This document shows, piece by piece, positions 30,071 through 39,720 of a DNA stretch of 64,000 bases. Source of the DNA: Thermoplasmatales archaeon SW_10_69_26 (GTDB lineage: Archaea; Thermoplasmatota; SW-10-69-26). The notes below the pieces were generated by a model that was not told the origin of the DNA, made no database searches, and saw nothing but the letters and a program-made list of their open reading frames with translations. A program made the translations under genes and the position numbers. Position 1 is the stretch's first letter, and every line of letters starts with the position of its first letter. The stretch is taken from the NCBI GenBank assembly GCA_003009755.1, contig PXUB01000030.1:1-64000 (forward strand), read 5' to 3'.

Positions 30071-32617
30071 ATGCGGCTCGCCTCGGTCGCGGTCCCCTTG
30101 GCTCTGCTCGCCCTCGCGGGGACAGCCGCAGCCTCGCACGCTCCTTTGTCGATCCCCCAGATAGCCGACGACGACCCCGTCGATCCCGCGTTACAGCGGC
30201 TGGCGGGCAACGTCTCCGCCGACGGCTGCGTCGACCAAGAGGGCTGCGTGACCGAGAAGACGAAGTGGGTCGCCACCACGGCGGCCCACCTGGGCGTCGA
30301 TCCCAACGACTGGCCCGCCGACGGGGCCGCGATCGGCGGCTGGCTGCGCGCCAACGCCGACGACCTGGCCGACGAGCGGATGACGAACTGCCACGAGGAC
30401 GAGAACCGCTCCCGCAGCGACTGCGCTCACCTGCGCGTGTTCAGCCGCGTCAAATCGATCCTCGCTTTCGAAGCCCTCGGCGAGGACGCCCGCAAGGTCC
30501 CCACGCCCGACGGTGGCCAACGCGACCTCGTGGCCGAGCTCCTGGAAGAGCACGACGGCAGCGAGTTCGGCCGCTCGGACTTGGCCAACGACGACGTCTG
30601 GGCGCTGATCGCCCTCAACGACGCCGGCTACGACGGGCCCGAGGTCGACGACGCCATCGACCGCATCGAGAGGGCCCAATCCGTCGACGGCGGCGTACCT
30701 CACGGCGAAGGCTCGCTGGCCACCGTCGACGTGACCGCCTCGGCCATCATGGCGTTGGCTGCCCACGACCGCACCGACACGATCGAGGCCGCGCTCGGCT
30801 ACCTCGCCGACGAACGGATCGACGAGGGTGTCCGACGCGCCTGCTGGCCGCTCTCCTCAGCGTTCGGGGGCGACCCCAACGTCGAGAGCACCGCCCGCGT
30901 CGTCCAGGCCCTGCGAGCCGCCGGCGAGGACCCGCTCGCCTGGGGCGTCGACGGCCAGACGCCGACCGAGTGCCTGCTCACGTTCCAGACCGGATCGGGC
31001 GATTTCAAGCACGCCGGGAACAGCCGGACCACGATCATGTCGACCCAACAGGCGCTGGGCGGGCTCTCATGGCGGCCCTGGGGCACCCTCGAGGGCCCGG
31101 CCGAGCCCCTGACCGTCACCGACGAGGCCACCGTCGGCGAGGAGCACACCGCCACCGTGCCCGACGCGCAGCTGCGACTCGGCACCGACGCCACCGCTCA
31201 GCACACCTGGACGCCCGAGGAACCCGGCCAGAGCGTCTTCCACGGCTTCACCAGCGACCACCGCCCGCTCGAGCTCGTCGTCGACGTGCAGGAGGCCTCC
31301 GACGACGGCGCGAGCAGCTCCTCGACATCCTCGTCGGGCTCGTCCAGCCCCGACGACGACGGCTCCACCGGATCCACCGAGGGATCGGCCCCCACGGCCC
31401 ACCTCGAAGCGCCCGCTCGGGCCGAGCGCAACGTCACCCTCACGGTGAACGTCAGTGCCGACCCCGCCCAAGCCGCCGTCACCGGGTTCCGCCTCGAGAT
31501 CCCTGGCTACACCTCCACCGACTGGCGGCCCAACGGAAGCTTCCAGGTCACGCTCACCGACCTCGGCGAACACGCCCTCCGAGCGTGGGCTCGCGATGCC
31601 GACGGCCACGTCTCCGACCCCGCCGAAGCCACGATTACCGCCCGGGACGCCCAGCCCCGCCTGTCCCTCGAGGGTCCCACCGTCGTGAACCGCTCGACCC
31701 GGGCGACCCTCACCGCCCACGCCCACGACCCCGACGGACCGACCCCGAACGTCACCTGGACCGGCCCCGGGGGCGACCACCAGCAGGGCGCCCAGGCCAC
31801 CATCTCGTTCGCAGATCCGGGCCGACACGCGGTCCACGCCCAGGCCCGCGACGAGGCCAACAACACTGCCAACGCGACCTGGACCGTGCACGCCCGCAAC
31901 CGAGCCCCGACGAACCTCACCGTCACCCCAGCCGGGCTCGAAGCCAACACGACCGCCGTCCTCGAGGCCGACGCCATCGACCCCGACGGTGACGCCATCG
32001 AGATCGCCTGGCGTCTGGCCGACGAAGACGAGCCCTCATCCTGGGGCGGCCAACGCCACCTCGAGACCGGTCCGCCCGGCGAACGCGAACTCGTCGTCAA
32101 CGTCTCGGACGCCCACGGCGGCTGGACGCGGGCCCGCCTAAAACTGCCCGTCCGCGAACAACCTGGCGACGAGCCCCGCTCGCCGATCACCAACCTGACC
32201 ACCGACGCCCCCACACCCGACCCCTCGCCGGCCCTGGCCACCGAGTCCGACCCGGCCACCGTCTCCCTCCCCGATCGGATCACCCTGCCCGCCAACACCA
32301 GCCGCGTGCTGCACCTCGAGGCCCACAGCCCGACCCAGGACGTCGTGAACGTCACCGTCCGACTCGAGGAGTCCCTGCCCGTCCGCGGCACAGACGAAGC
32401 GAGGGCCCTGATCCCCGAGCTTTCGCCGGGCACCTACGAGCTCACCGCCCGCGCCGCCGACCCCGCCGGCTGGGGTCCCTGGACGAACGCGACCCTCGTC
32501 GTCGAACCCACCCCCCGGGAACCGATCGAACCCACCCGCTCGACCCCGGCCGAGACCTCGCTCGGGCTCGTTGCCACGCTGGTCGCGCTGCTCCTCGCCG
32601 GGAGGCGACGACCGTGA
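30071..32617 (+). CDS. Surface protein: prenyltransferase-like alpha6/alpha6 barrel, Ig/PKD stalk and C-terminal anchor
   Basis: NDDVWALIAL, QSVDGG, VDVTASAIMAL, NVESTARVVQAL, LLTFQ..SGDF, MSTQQAL; DPDG-type Ig repeats; TM plus RRR. Confidence 0.8.
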   Translation: MRLASVAVPLALLALAGTAAASHAPLSIPQIADDDPVDPALQRLAGNVSADGCVDQEGCVTEKTKWVATTAAHLGVDPNDWPADGAAIGGWLRANADDLADERMTNCHEDENRSRSDCAHLRVFSRVKSILAFEALGEDARKVPTPDGGQRDLVAELLEEHDGSEFGRSDLANDDVWALIALNDAGYDGPEVDDAIDRIERAQSVDGGVPHGEGSLATVDVTASAIMALAAHDRTDTIEAALGYLADERIDEGVRRACWPLSSAFGGDPNVESTARVVQALRAAGEDPLAWGVDGQTPTECLLTFQTGSGDFKHAGNSRTTIMSTQQALGGLSWRPWGTLEGPAEPLTVTDEATVGEEHTATVPDAQLRLGTDATAQHTWTPEEPGQSVFHGFTSDHRPLELVVDVQEASDDGASSSSTSSSGSSSPDDDGSTGSTEGSAPTAHLEAPARAERNVTLTVNVSADPAQAAVTGFRLEIPGYTSTDWRPNGSFQVTLTDLGEHALRAWARDADGHVSDPAEATITARDAQPRLSLEGPTVVNRSTRATLTAHAHDPDGPTPNVTWTGPGGDHQQGAQATISFADPGRHAVHAQARDEANNTANATWTVHARNRAPTNLTVTPAGLEANTTAVLEADAIDPDGDAIEIAWRLADEDEPSSWGGQRHLETGPPGERELVVNVSDAHGGWTRARLKLPVREQPGDEPRSPITNLTTDAPTPDPSPALATESDPATVSLPDRITLPANTSRVLHLEAHSPTQDVVNVTVRLEESLPVRGTDEARALIPELSPGTYELTARAADPAGWGPWTNATLVVEPTPREPIEPTRSTPAETSLGLVATLVALLLAGRRRP

Positions 32618-33360
32618 GCACGGCCCGCCTGGCCCTGACGATCGCGCTCGCCACCCTCGTTCTGGCCCCCGGCTGCATCACGTTCGACGGTGAGGCCGAG
32701 ATCCAAGCCCGCGTCCTCGTCACCGAGGACGTGGGCACCCAGCCCCTCCACGACGAGAACCTCACCCTCCGTCAGGGCGCCTCGGCCATGGACGCGCTGC
32801 GCCAGGTCGCCCAGACCGAGACCAGCCACGGCGGCGGCTTCGTCGAAGCCATCGACGGCAAGGCCAGCCAGTACCCGGACGAGAAGGTCGACTGGTTCTA
32901 CCACGTGAACACGAAGCTGGCCGGCGTCGGCGCCGCCCAGTACACCCTCGAGGACGGTGACGCGGTCGTCTTCGACTACCGCCACTGGGAGCGCACCATG
33001 CACCTCCCGCACCTGCTCACCGGGCTCGACGACTGGCCCGCCGACCTCACCGAGCCCCGCTTCGACCGCGAGGCTTTCACCGAGCGCCAGAACGACGCGG
33101 ACCAGCGCGCGAACCTCTACGCCCACGTCAACGGCACCTCCGTCACCGTCCTCGATCCCACAGGCGAGCCCGCTCGCACGCTCGAGGCGCCCTGGCTGCT
33201 CGCCCACGCCGTCGCCGGTCCCACCGACCAACCCCGCGTCCTGCTCGTCGCCAGCGGGGATGCCGGCCGCGCCCTCGTCGACGAGCTCGCCCAGACCCGA
33301 CCCACCGGGGTCGGCGCCGTCGTCACCCCCAACGCCACCCAGGAGGTGCCCGCCGGATGA
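32614..33360 (+). CDS. DUF4430 lipoprotein
   Basis: LAPGC lipobox; SAMDAL, GGGFVEAIDG, DWFYHVN, VGAAQYTLEDGD...FDYRHW. Confidence 0.85.
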   Translation: MSTARLALTIALATLVLAPGCITFDGEAEIQARVLVTEDVGTQPLHDENLTLRQGASAMDALRQVAQTETSHGGGFVEAIDGKASQYPDEKVDWFYHVNTKLAGVGAAQYTLEDGDAVVFDYRHWERTMHLPHLLTGLDDWPADLTEPRFDREAFTERQNDADQRANLYAHVNGTSVTVLDPTGEPARTLEAPWLLAHAVAGPTDQPRVLLVASGDAGRALVDELAQTRPTGVGAVVTPNATQEVPAG

Positions 33361-34190
33361 AGCTCGGCTCGGCCAACGCCCTCCGATTGACCGCCGGCGT
33401 GGCCCTCGCCGCCACCGCGATGCTTCTCACGCATCCCGCCTCCGTCGTCGCCAGCCTCCTACTGGCGCTCGTGCTCGCCTGGCGCGTGGATCTCTTCGCC
33501 CGAGCCCGCGCGCTCGCCGTCGCCGCGGGCACGATCGGACTCGCCGTCCTCGCCTTAAACGCCGCCTTCGCCTGGCAAGGCGCGAGGGTCCTCTGGGAAG
33601 CCCCGTTCCGCATCACCTGGCTGGGCCGACCCCGGCTCACGCTCGAGGCGATGGCCTGGGGCGCCACGGCCGGCGTCCAGCTGACCACCACCGTGCTCGC
33701 CCTCGCCGCCGCCACCGTCGCCGTCCCCCCCGAGGCCCTCAACCGCGCCATGGAGCGGCTGGGCCTGCCACCCAGCCTGGCCCGCGCCGGCGGCCTGGCC
33801 CTGCGCCTGGTCCCCGACACGGCTCAGGATGCCCGCTCCATGCGCGAGGCCCTGCGGACCCGCGGCGTCGACACGTCCACGATCCGCGGCGCCACGCAGA
33901 CCCTCGTCCCGCTGACCGCCCGCTCGCTCGACCGCGCCGCCGTCGCCGAGGAGGCCCTGCTCGTGCGCGGCTACGACGCCGACGACCGCCGCACCGGCTG
34001 GCCGCCGGCCGCCTACCTCGCCCTCGCCGCCGCCACCGTCGCCGGCCTCGTCGCCTTCCTCGGCCCGGGGCGGCCGAGCTTCTACCCCACCGTGAGCCTC
34101 CCGCTCGATCCCGCCAGCCTCGCCCTCGTCGGCCTCGCGCTGGCGATCCCCGTGTTCCTCGTCGGGAGGGTGCCCCGATGCTCGAACTAG
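33357..34190 (+). CDS. ECF transporter transmembrane component T
   Basis: Multi-TM; LRLVP, ALRTRG and ALLVRGY xRG motifs. Confidence 0.88.
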   Translation: MKLGSANALRLTAGVALAATAMLLTHPASVVASLLLALVLAWRVDLFARARALAVAAGTIGLAVLALNAAFAWQGARVLWEAPFRITWLGRPRLTLEAMAWGATAGVQLTTTVLALAAATVAVPPEALNRAMERLGLPPSLARAGGLALRLVPDTAQDARSMREALRTRGVDTSTIRGATQTLVPLTARSLDRAAVAEEALLVRGYDADDRRTGWPPAAYLALAAATVAGLVAFLGPGRPSFYPTVSLPLDPASLALVGLALAIPVFLVGRVPRCSN

Positions 34191-35482
34191 GCGACCTTCG
34201 CTTCGCCCACCACGGCCGCGAGCCCGTCGTCGACGGGTTCGATCTCGCCGTGCCCGCCGGCGAAACCCACCTGCTCGAGGGCCCCTCCGGCTCCGGCAAA
34301 TCCACCCTGCTGCGCATCGCCGCCGGCCTCATCCCCCGCATCCAGGGCGGCCGCATCGCCGGCCAGGCCCGCCTCGGGGGGCGACCTGTCAGGCAGATCC
34401 CGCCCGCCGAGATGCCCGAGACGATCGGCTGGGTGCCCCAGGACCCCGAGGAGAGCTTCGCCGCCCGCACCGTCGACCGCGAGCTCGCCCAGCTGGCGCG
34501 CAACCTCGACCTCGCCGACCCCCGCGCCGCGATCGATCGCGCCCTCGCGGTCCTCGACGCCGCGCACCTCGTCGACCGCGAGATCGAGCAGCTCTCCGGC
34601 GGCGAAGCGGCCCGCGTGAGCCTCGCCGCCGCCGGCCTCGGTTCGCCCCAGGCCCTCGTCCTCGACGAGCCCACCGCCCAACTGGACTCCGAGGGCCGCA
34701 AGCGAGCCCGCGCCTGGATCGACGACCACCGCGCCCGCGGCGCCAGCGTGCTCGCCGCCGAGCACGCTCCCCACCCCCTCGACCCCGACCGGGTTCACCG
34801 CCTGGGGGCCGGAGCCGAGCCCGACCCGGCCACGTGGCTGCCCGAGGCGCCCCGAGGCCCCGCACAGGCCCGCCTCGACGGCGCCACTGCCTGCTTCGAC
34901 GACGCTCGCGTGGGCCCACTGGACCTGGCCGTCCATCCTGGGGAGGTCGTCTGCCTGACCGGTCCCAACGGCGCCGGCAAGACGACCGCGCTCCACCTGC
35001 TGTGCGGGCTCGAGGAACCCGACCGCGGCCAGGCGCGCCTGGGCGAACACCGACCGGCCGATCTCTCGGCCGAACAGCTGGCCCGCTCGGTCGGCATCGC
35101 CTTCCAACACCCCGCCTGGCACATCACCCAAGACACCGTCCGCCAGGAGGTCGCCCTCACCGCCGACACCCTCGAGATCGCCCTGGCCCCGCAGGAAAAG
35201 CTAACGCGCCTGGGCCTGGCCGGTTACGCCGAGGAACACCCCTGGGATCTCTCCGGCGGCGAACGCCAACGCCTGGCCGTCGCCACCGCCAGCGCCCACG
35301 ACCCCCCGGTCCTGCTGCTCGACGAACCGACCCGCGGGCTCGATCGAGCCAGTCTCGGCGACCTCGCCGACCTGCTGGCCGCCCGCGTCGAAGCCGGCGC
35401 CGCCACGATCGTCGCCAGCCACCACTCCTGGATGCACGAGCTCGCCCACCGCACCGTCCCGCTCGAGGGAGGGTCCGCGTGA
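34178..35482 (+). CDS. ECF transporter ATPase, fused A-A'
   Basis: Two ABC domains: GPSGSGKS/LSGGE/LDEP and GPNGAGKT/LSGGE/LDEPTRGLD. Confidence 0.92.
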   Translation: MLELGDLRFAHHGREPVVDGFDLAVPAGETHLLEGPSGSGKSTLLRIAAGLIPRIQGGRIAGQARLGGRPVRQIPPAEMPETIGWVPQDPEESFAARTVDRELAQLARNLDLADPRAAIDRALAVLDAAHLVDREIEQLSGGEAARVSLAAAGLGSPQALVLDEPTAQLDSEGRKRARAWIDDHRARGASVLAAEHAPHPLDPDRVHRLGAGAEPDPATWLPEAPRGPAQARLDGATACFDDARVGPLDLAVHPGEVVCLTGPNGAGKTTALHLLCGLEEPDRGQARLGEHRPADLSAEQLARSVGIAFQHPAWHITQDTVRQEVALTADTLEIALAPQEKLTRLGLAGYAEEHPWDLSGGERQRLAVATASAHDPPVLLLDEPTRGLDRASLGDLADLLAARVEAGAATIVASHHSWMHELAHRTVPLEGGSA

Positions 35483-36030
35483 GCCGGCTGCACCGCGTCG
35501 CGCTCGGCGCCACGATCGGGACGCTGGCCGCTCTCTCCCGCATCCCCTTCGCCGTCATCCCCAACGTCCAGCCCGCCTCGGCCCTCGTCATCCTCGCCGG
35601 CGCCGTGCTCGGCTGGCGCGTGGGCCTGTTGGCCGGCGTCGTCGTCCCGCTCGTCTCCAACGCCGTGCTCGGCCACGGGCCCTGGACCCTCTTCCAGGCG
35701 ATCGGCTGGGGCGGCATGGGCGCCCTCGCTGCCCTGCTCGGCGACCGACCGCGGCGCTGGCCGCTGGCCGCCTTCGGCATCGTGGCGGGCCTCGCCTACG
35801 GCGTCCTCATGGACGCCTGGGTCTGGCTGGCCGGCGTCCGCCCGCTGGCCTGGCGCACCCTGTTGCCCGTGCTGGCCCGCGGGGTCCCGATGAACCTCGC
35901 CCACGCCGGCGGCAACGCCCTCATCCTGTGGATCGTCGGCCCGCGGCTGGCGACCCTGTTCCGCCGCGCCCGCAACCGTCGACGCGTGGTCGCCTTCGAC
36001 GCCGACCCCGACGACGTGGAGGTCTCCTGA
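35479..36030 (+). CDS. ECF S component, CbrT-like (cobalamin candidate)
   Basis: RIPFAVIPNVQP; SNAVLGHGPWTLFQAIGWG; AHAGGN. Confidence 0.85.
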   Translation: MSRLHRVALGATIGTLAALSRIPFAVIPNVQPASALVILAGAVLGWRVGLLAGVVVPLVSNAVLGHGPWTLFQAIGWGGMGALAALLGDRPRRWPLAAFGIVAGLAYGVLMDAWVWLAGVRPLAWRTLLPVLARGVPMNLAHAGGNALILWIVGPRLATLFRRARNRRRVVAFDADPDDVEVS

Positions 36031-36713
36031 TGGCCCTCGTGCCGACCACCGACGAACCCGATCGCGACCGGCCGTCGCCGCGAGCGCCCGCCCGTCTCCC
36101 CGCCGAGGGACGCCGCGGCCTCCGGCAGGCCCTCGAGGACGCGCTCGGCCGATCGGCCGACCGGGTGCTGTTGGCGGGGACCGTGACCGACGCCATCGCC
36201 GCCCTCGGTGCCGGGCTGTGGACGCCCGCCCACGCCACCCCATCCCTACCGAGGGCGCCCAGGCCCGGCTGGGTCGGGGACGAGCTGGGCCTCACCTTGC
36301 ACGCCATCCCCTCCTGGCATCTCGCGGAGGGCCGAGCCGTCGCCGACGAGGAGCTGGTCGACCCTTCGCCGCGCCGACGGGAACGAGCCGCGCGCTTGGC
36401 CGCGGCCGCCGCTGGGGCCCGCCGCCACGGCGCCCGGACGGTGCTCGCCGGCGCCGGAGCCGCCCCGATCCACGCCGCTGGCCTCACCCTGGACCAGGCC
36501 CGCGCCTGCATCGAGCGCTACGATCTCGAGCTCGTCACCCCGCTTGCCGACCCAACCGTCCAGACCCGCCTTCACGAGGCGGCGGTCGCCTCGGCCCGCT
36601 GGCTGGGTCTCTCGTGGCCGGCATGGCCGCTGCGGGAAGCCATGGTCGACCACCTGGGCGCACGGCTGGCGTGGCCGAGGGCCGGCCTGGGCCAAGCTGG
36701 GCCTGGAAAGTGA
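36030..36713 (+). CDS. Degenerate asparagine-synthase-like (N-type ATP pyrophosphatase fold) protein
   Basis: VLLAGTVTD (~LSGGLDS), TVLAGAGA (~VLSGEGAD), LELVTPLAD (~LEVRVPFLD), WPLREAM (~KWLLREA); TGATG-coupled to the S component. Confidence 0.55.
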   Translation: MALVPTTDEPDRDRPSPRAPARLPAEGRRGLRQALEDALGRSADRVLLAGTVTDAIAALGAGLWTPAHATPSLPRAPRPGWVGDELGLTLHAIPSWHLAEGRAVADEELVDPSPRRRERAARLAAAAAGARRHGARTVLAGAGAAPIHAAGLTLDQARACIERYDLELVTPLADPTVQTRLHEAAVASARWLGLSWPAWPLREAMVDHLGARLAWPRAGLGQAGPGK

Positions 36714-36804
36714 GTCACCGTGACAAGGAGATCGGGGAAGCCGCAGGCGGCGGGGCCGATCCGCGGTGGGGGTCGGAGGGACCGAGGCGATCGGTGAGCC
36801 GGGC

Positions 36805-37212
36805 TCAGAAGCCGTGCTCGGGGGCAGGCGTGGCGCCGGCCGGGGCGGCGGTCTCGTGGGTCACGTTCTCCGGCTTGGAGACGTTCTCCGGTTCCCAAGC
36901 CCACAGGCGAAGGACCTCGTCGAGGCTGACCAAGCCCTCCTCGAGCGTGACCAGACGGCCACCCTCCTGCTCCGTGTAAACGCCCTTCTCGGTGAAGCGC
37001 TTGGAGATCTCGCCGGTGTTGATCGTGACCTCGGCCCAGCCGCGGTCGTTCATCGTCGTCTTCATCGTGACGGAAGAGAGCTTGAGCCAGCTGTCGTCGA
37101 AATCCTCGACGACGCCCTTCAGCGAACGCTCGTCGTTCATCACGACGATGACGCGCTCGCCTTCGAGCTCCTCGAGCTCCTCCATCATCAAGTCCGAGCT
37201 GTCTCGGGCCAT
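36805..37212 (-). CDS. Sm/LSm-fold protein with long internal insertion
   Basis: LEGERVIVVMNDERSLKGVVEDFD..WLKL resembles Sm1; GLVSLDEVLRL resembles Sm2. Confidence 0.6.
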   Translation of the reverse strand: MARDSSDLMMEELEELEGERVIVVMNDERSLKGVVEDFDDSWLKLSSVTMKTTMNDRGWAEVTINTGEISKRFTEKGVYTEQEGGRLVTLEEGLVSLDEVLRLWAWEPENVSKPENVTHETAAPAGATPAPEHGF

Positions 37213-37285
37213 CGAACGGTCCCATCGCCGGTCCTCTGATAACCGTTTCCCCGGTCCTCTCCGGGGTTCTCACCGGTTCTCGGGA

Positions 37286-37711
37286 TCAGTAGTGGCCGAC
37301 GTACTCGAACAGGAACACGATCTCGCCGGACAACAGCGACACCATCCACAGCCCGGCGAACGCGGCCGTCCACCGCTGGTGCTCGGCGAAGACGTTCCGG
37401 CCCTGGCGATGCCCTCGCCAGGCGAGGAAGCTGAACACCAGCAGGCCGACGAACATCGCAAGCGACAGCGCTCCGTGCCCCGCCAGCGTGGCCACCATCC
37501 AATCCGCGTGGTGGGTGCCGTGGTCGTGGGTGAACAGCCGCGAGGTCATGTAGGAGATGTTGAACAGGACCTCGTAGGCGATCGCCGCGCCCAGCACGCG
37601 GCCGGCGAACTCGCCGTATTCGATCGCCCGGTGGAAGACGTAGAACACGGCGGCCGTCACCGCCAGCTCGGTCAAGGCGGTGAACGTCGAGAACCACGGG
37701 ATGGCATCCAT
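37286..37711 (-). CDS. DUF420-like His-containing membrane protein
   Basis: Four TM segments; HGALS; EHQRW; LWMVSLLSG. Confidence 0.6.
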   Translation of the reverse strand: MDAIPWFSTFTALTELAVTAAVFYVFHRAIEYGEFAGRVLGAAIAYEVLFNISYMTSRLFTHDHGTHHADWMVATLAGHGALSLAMFVGLLVFSFLAWRGHRQGRNVFAEHQRWTAAFAGLWMVSLLSGEIVFLFEYVGHY

Positions 37712-37831
37712 CGCGGCCACCCACGCGGCCCCCCCACCTCAAGGTTGCACGACCCCCTCGACATGTCTACCTGACGGGGTGGATGGCGCTGACGCCGTTG
37801 CTTTAAGGGAAGCCTGTCTTGCGCCACCGCG

Positions 37832-39004
37832 ATGAAGGGCGAGTTCACGATCGGCCACGTCCGGTCGATCCCGATCAAGATCCACTGGACGCTCATCCTG
37901 TTCCTCCCGGTCCTGGCGTTCATCCTCTCCTCGCAGCTCGAGAACGTGCGCGAGTTGCCGCTCGTCGGTCTCGATCCTACCCCTCTGTTGACGCCCGAGG
38001 GCCGCATCTACGCCGGCATCGTCGTCGCCATCGGGCTCTTCGTCAGCGTCCTCTTGCACGAGCTCGGCCACGCCGTCGTCGCCATGGCCGAGGGCGTCGA
38101 GGTCCAGCAGATCACCCTGTGGATCCTCGGCGGCCTCGCGATGCTGAAAGGCATCACGAAGGACCCCAAGGCCGAGGCCAAGATCGCGCTCGCCGGCCCG
38201 GCCGTCTCGCTGGCTCTCGGCGCGATCCCCCTGACCGTGTTCGCGTTCGTCGACCCTGGCCCCTTCATCACGTTCCCCGCCCTCTACCTGGGCTACCTGA
38301 ACGTCACGCTGGCCGTATTCAACATGCTGCCCGCGTTCCCGCTCGACGGCGGGCGCGTGCTGCGAGCCCTGCTCGGCTTCCGCATGAGCTTCGCCAAGGC
38401 CACCAACGTCGCCTCGACCGTCGGCAAAGGCATGGCCGTGCTCATGGGCCTGGGCGGGCTCTTCGGCGGCAGCTTCCTGCTCATCTTCGTCGCCCTGTTC
38501 GTCTACATGGCGGCCAGCCAGGAGGCCAAGGGCGTCGAGCTCTTCGACGCGCTCGAGCGCGTCGCCGTCCGCCAGATCATGGACACCGAGGTCCCGGCCG
38601 TCCGCCCCGACGCCCACGTCGACGACCTCGTGGCCATGATGCTGCAGACCCAGGCCACCGGCTTCCCCGTCGTCGCCGACGACACCGTGCTCGGCGTCGT
38701 CACGCTCGAGGACATCCAGTCGGTCCCCGAGGCCGAGCGCTCGCTGACCCGGATCGAGGACGTCATGACCACCGACGTCGACACCGTCACGCCGGCCGAG
38801 CGCGCCTCCAACGCCATGCGCAAGATGATGGACGAGGATCTGGGCCGGTTGCTCGTCGTCGAGAACGGGCGCCTGGCCGGCGTGCTCACCCGCCGCAGCC
38901 TCATGCAGGCCTTCGAGATCCTGCAGATCCTCCCCCAGCGGGACCCCGACCTCGAGCGCCCGATGCCCCGCGGAACCGAGACCTCTGGCCCGTTCCGTTG
39001 GTAG
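37832..39004 (+). CDS. Site-2 protease (M50B) with tandem CBS domains
   Basis: HELGH; IALAGP; FNMLPAFPLDGGR; two CBS repeats. Confidence 0.95.
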   Translation: MKGEFTIGHVRSIPIKIHWTLILFLPVLAFILSSQLENVRELPLVGLDPTPLLTPEGRIYAGIVVAIGLFVSVLLHELGHAVVAMAEGVEVQQITLWILGGLAMLKGITKDPKAEAKIALAGPAVSLALGAIPLTVFAFVDPGPFITFPALYLGYLNVTLAVFNMLPAFPLDGGRVLRALLGFRMSFAKATNVASTVGKGMAVLMGLGGLFGGSFLLIFVALFVYMAASQEAKGVELFDALERVAVRQIMDTEVPAVRPDAHVDDLVAMMLQTQATGFPVVADDTVLGVVTLEDIQSVPEAERSLTRIEDVMTTDVDTVTPAERASNAMRKMMDEDLGRLLVVENGRLAGVLTRRSLMQAFEILQILPQRDPDLERPMPRGTETSGPFRW

Positions 39005-39233
39005 GGCGGCATCAACGGGTTGTGGCGCGAGGTCGAGGCCTTCGCCGTCGGAGGTCAGGCGTCGAGACCCCATAGAAAGACGGAGAGTCGAACCTTTCAA
39101 CGAAGGCGTCCGAACGTTGAAGGAGGCGTCGCGAGCCCGCGCCAGCCCGGGGTGGCCAACGGATGGCCAAGGCAGCGGGCAAGACGTGTTCGTGAACGCT
39201 TGATGACAACCCTGCAGGGAGGGGGTTGTTGCG

Positions 39234-39714
39234 ATGAAGCTGATCCCCTCGATCCCGCTGACGATCCTCGTGGTCGTCGGGGGGAGCGCTGACCGCGGGC
39301 CTGGCGGCCGAAGCCAGCTCGCTCGACCAGCGCATCGAGGGCTTCGTCCCCGTCGACGACACCACCCTCCCCGAGGCCACGCAGGCCACCGGCCAAGCCG
39401 CCAACGGGACGATCGAGACCGTGGACCTGGCGATCGAGCCCGCCGGCCCCGGCACCGTGGACCTCGCCCAGCTTTCCACCGCCGGCGACGCCCACGCGGA
39501 GACGCTGGAGCCCCTCCGCGACGAGGACGGCTCGCTGGCGGAGGACCGTCTCACCGAGAGCGACCTCGCCCGCCTCACCGTCCACCTCGGCTCACCGATG
39601 CCGGGCGGCGAGGAGCGCACGATCGTCCTCGACCTCGGGTCGTCGACGGCCGAGATCACGGTCGGGGCGCCGAGGGCGATCGAGGACGGCTACACGCAGA
39701 TGAGCATCGAGTGA
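39234..39714 (+). pseudogene. Archaellin-like protein, frameshifted at a G6 tract
   Basis: G6 at 39279-39284; with G5 one ORF results, containing NGTIETVDLAIEPAGPGTVDL, LRDEDGS, LTESDLARLTVHL. Confidence 0.6.
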
Positions 39715-39720
39715 GCGCGC

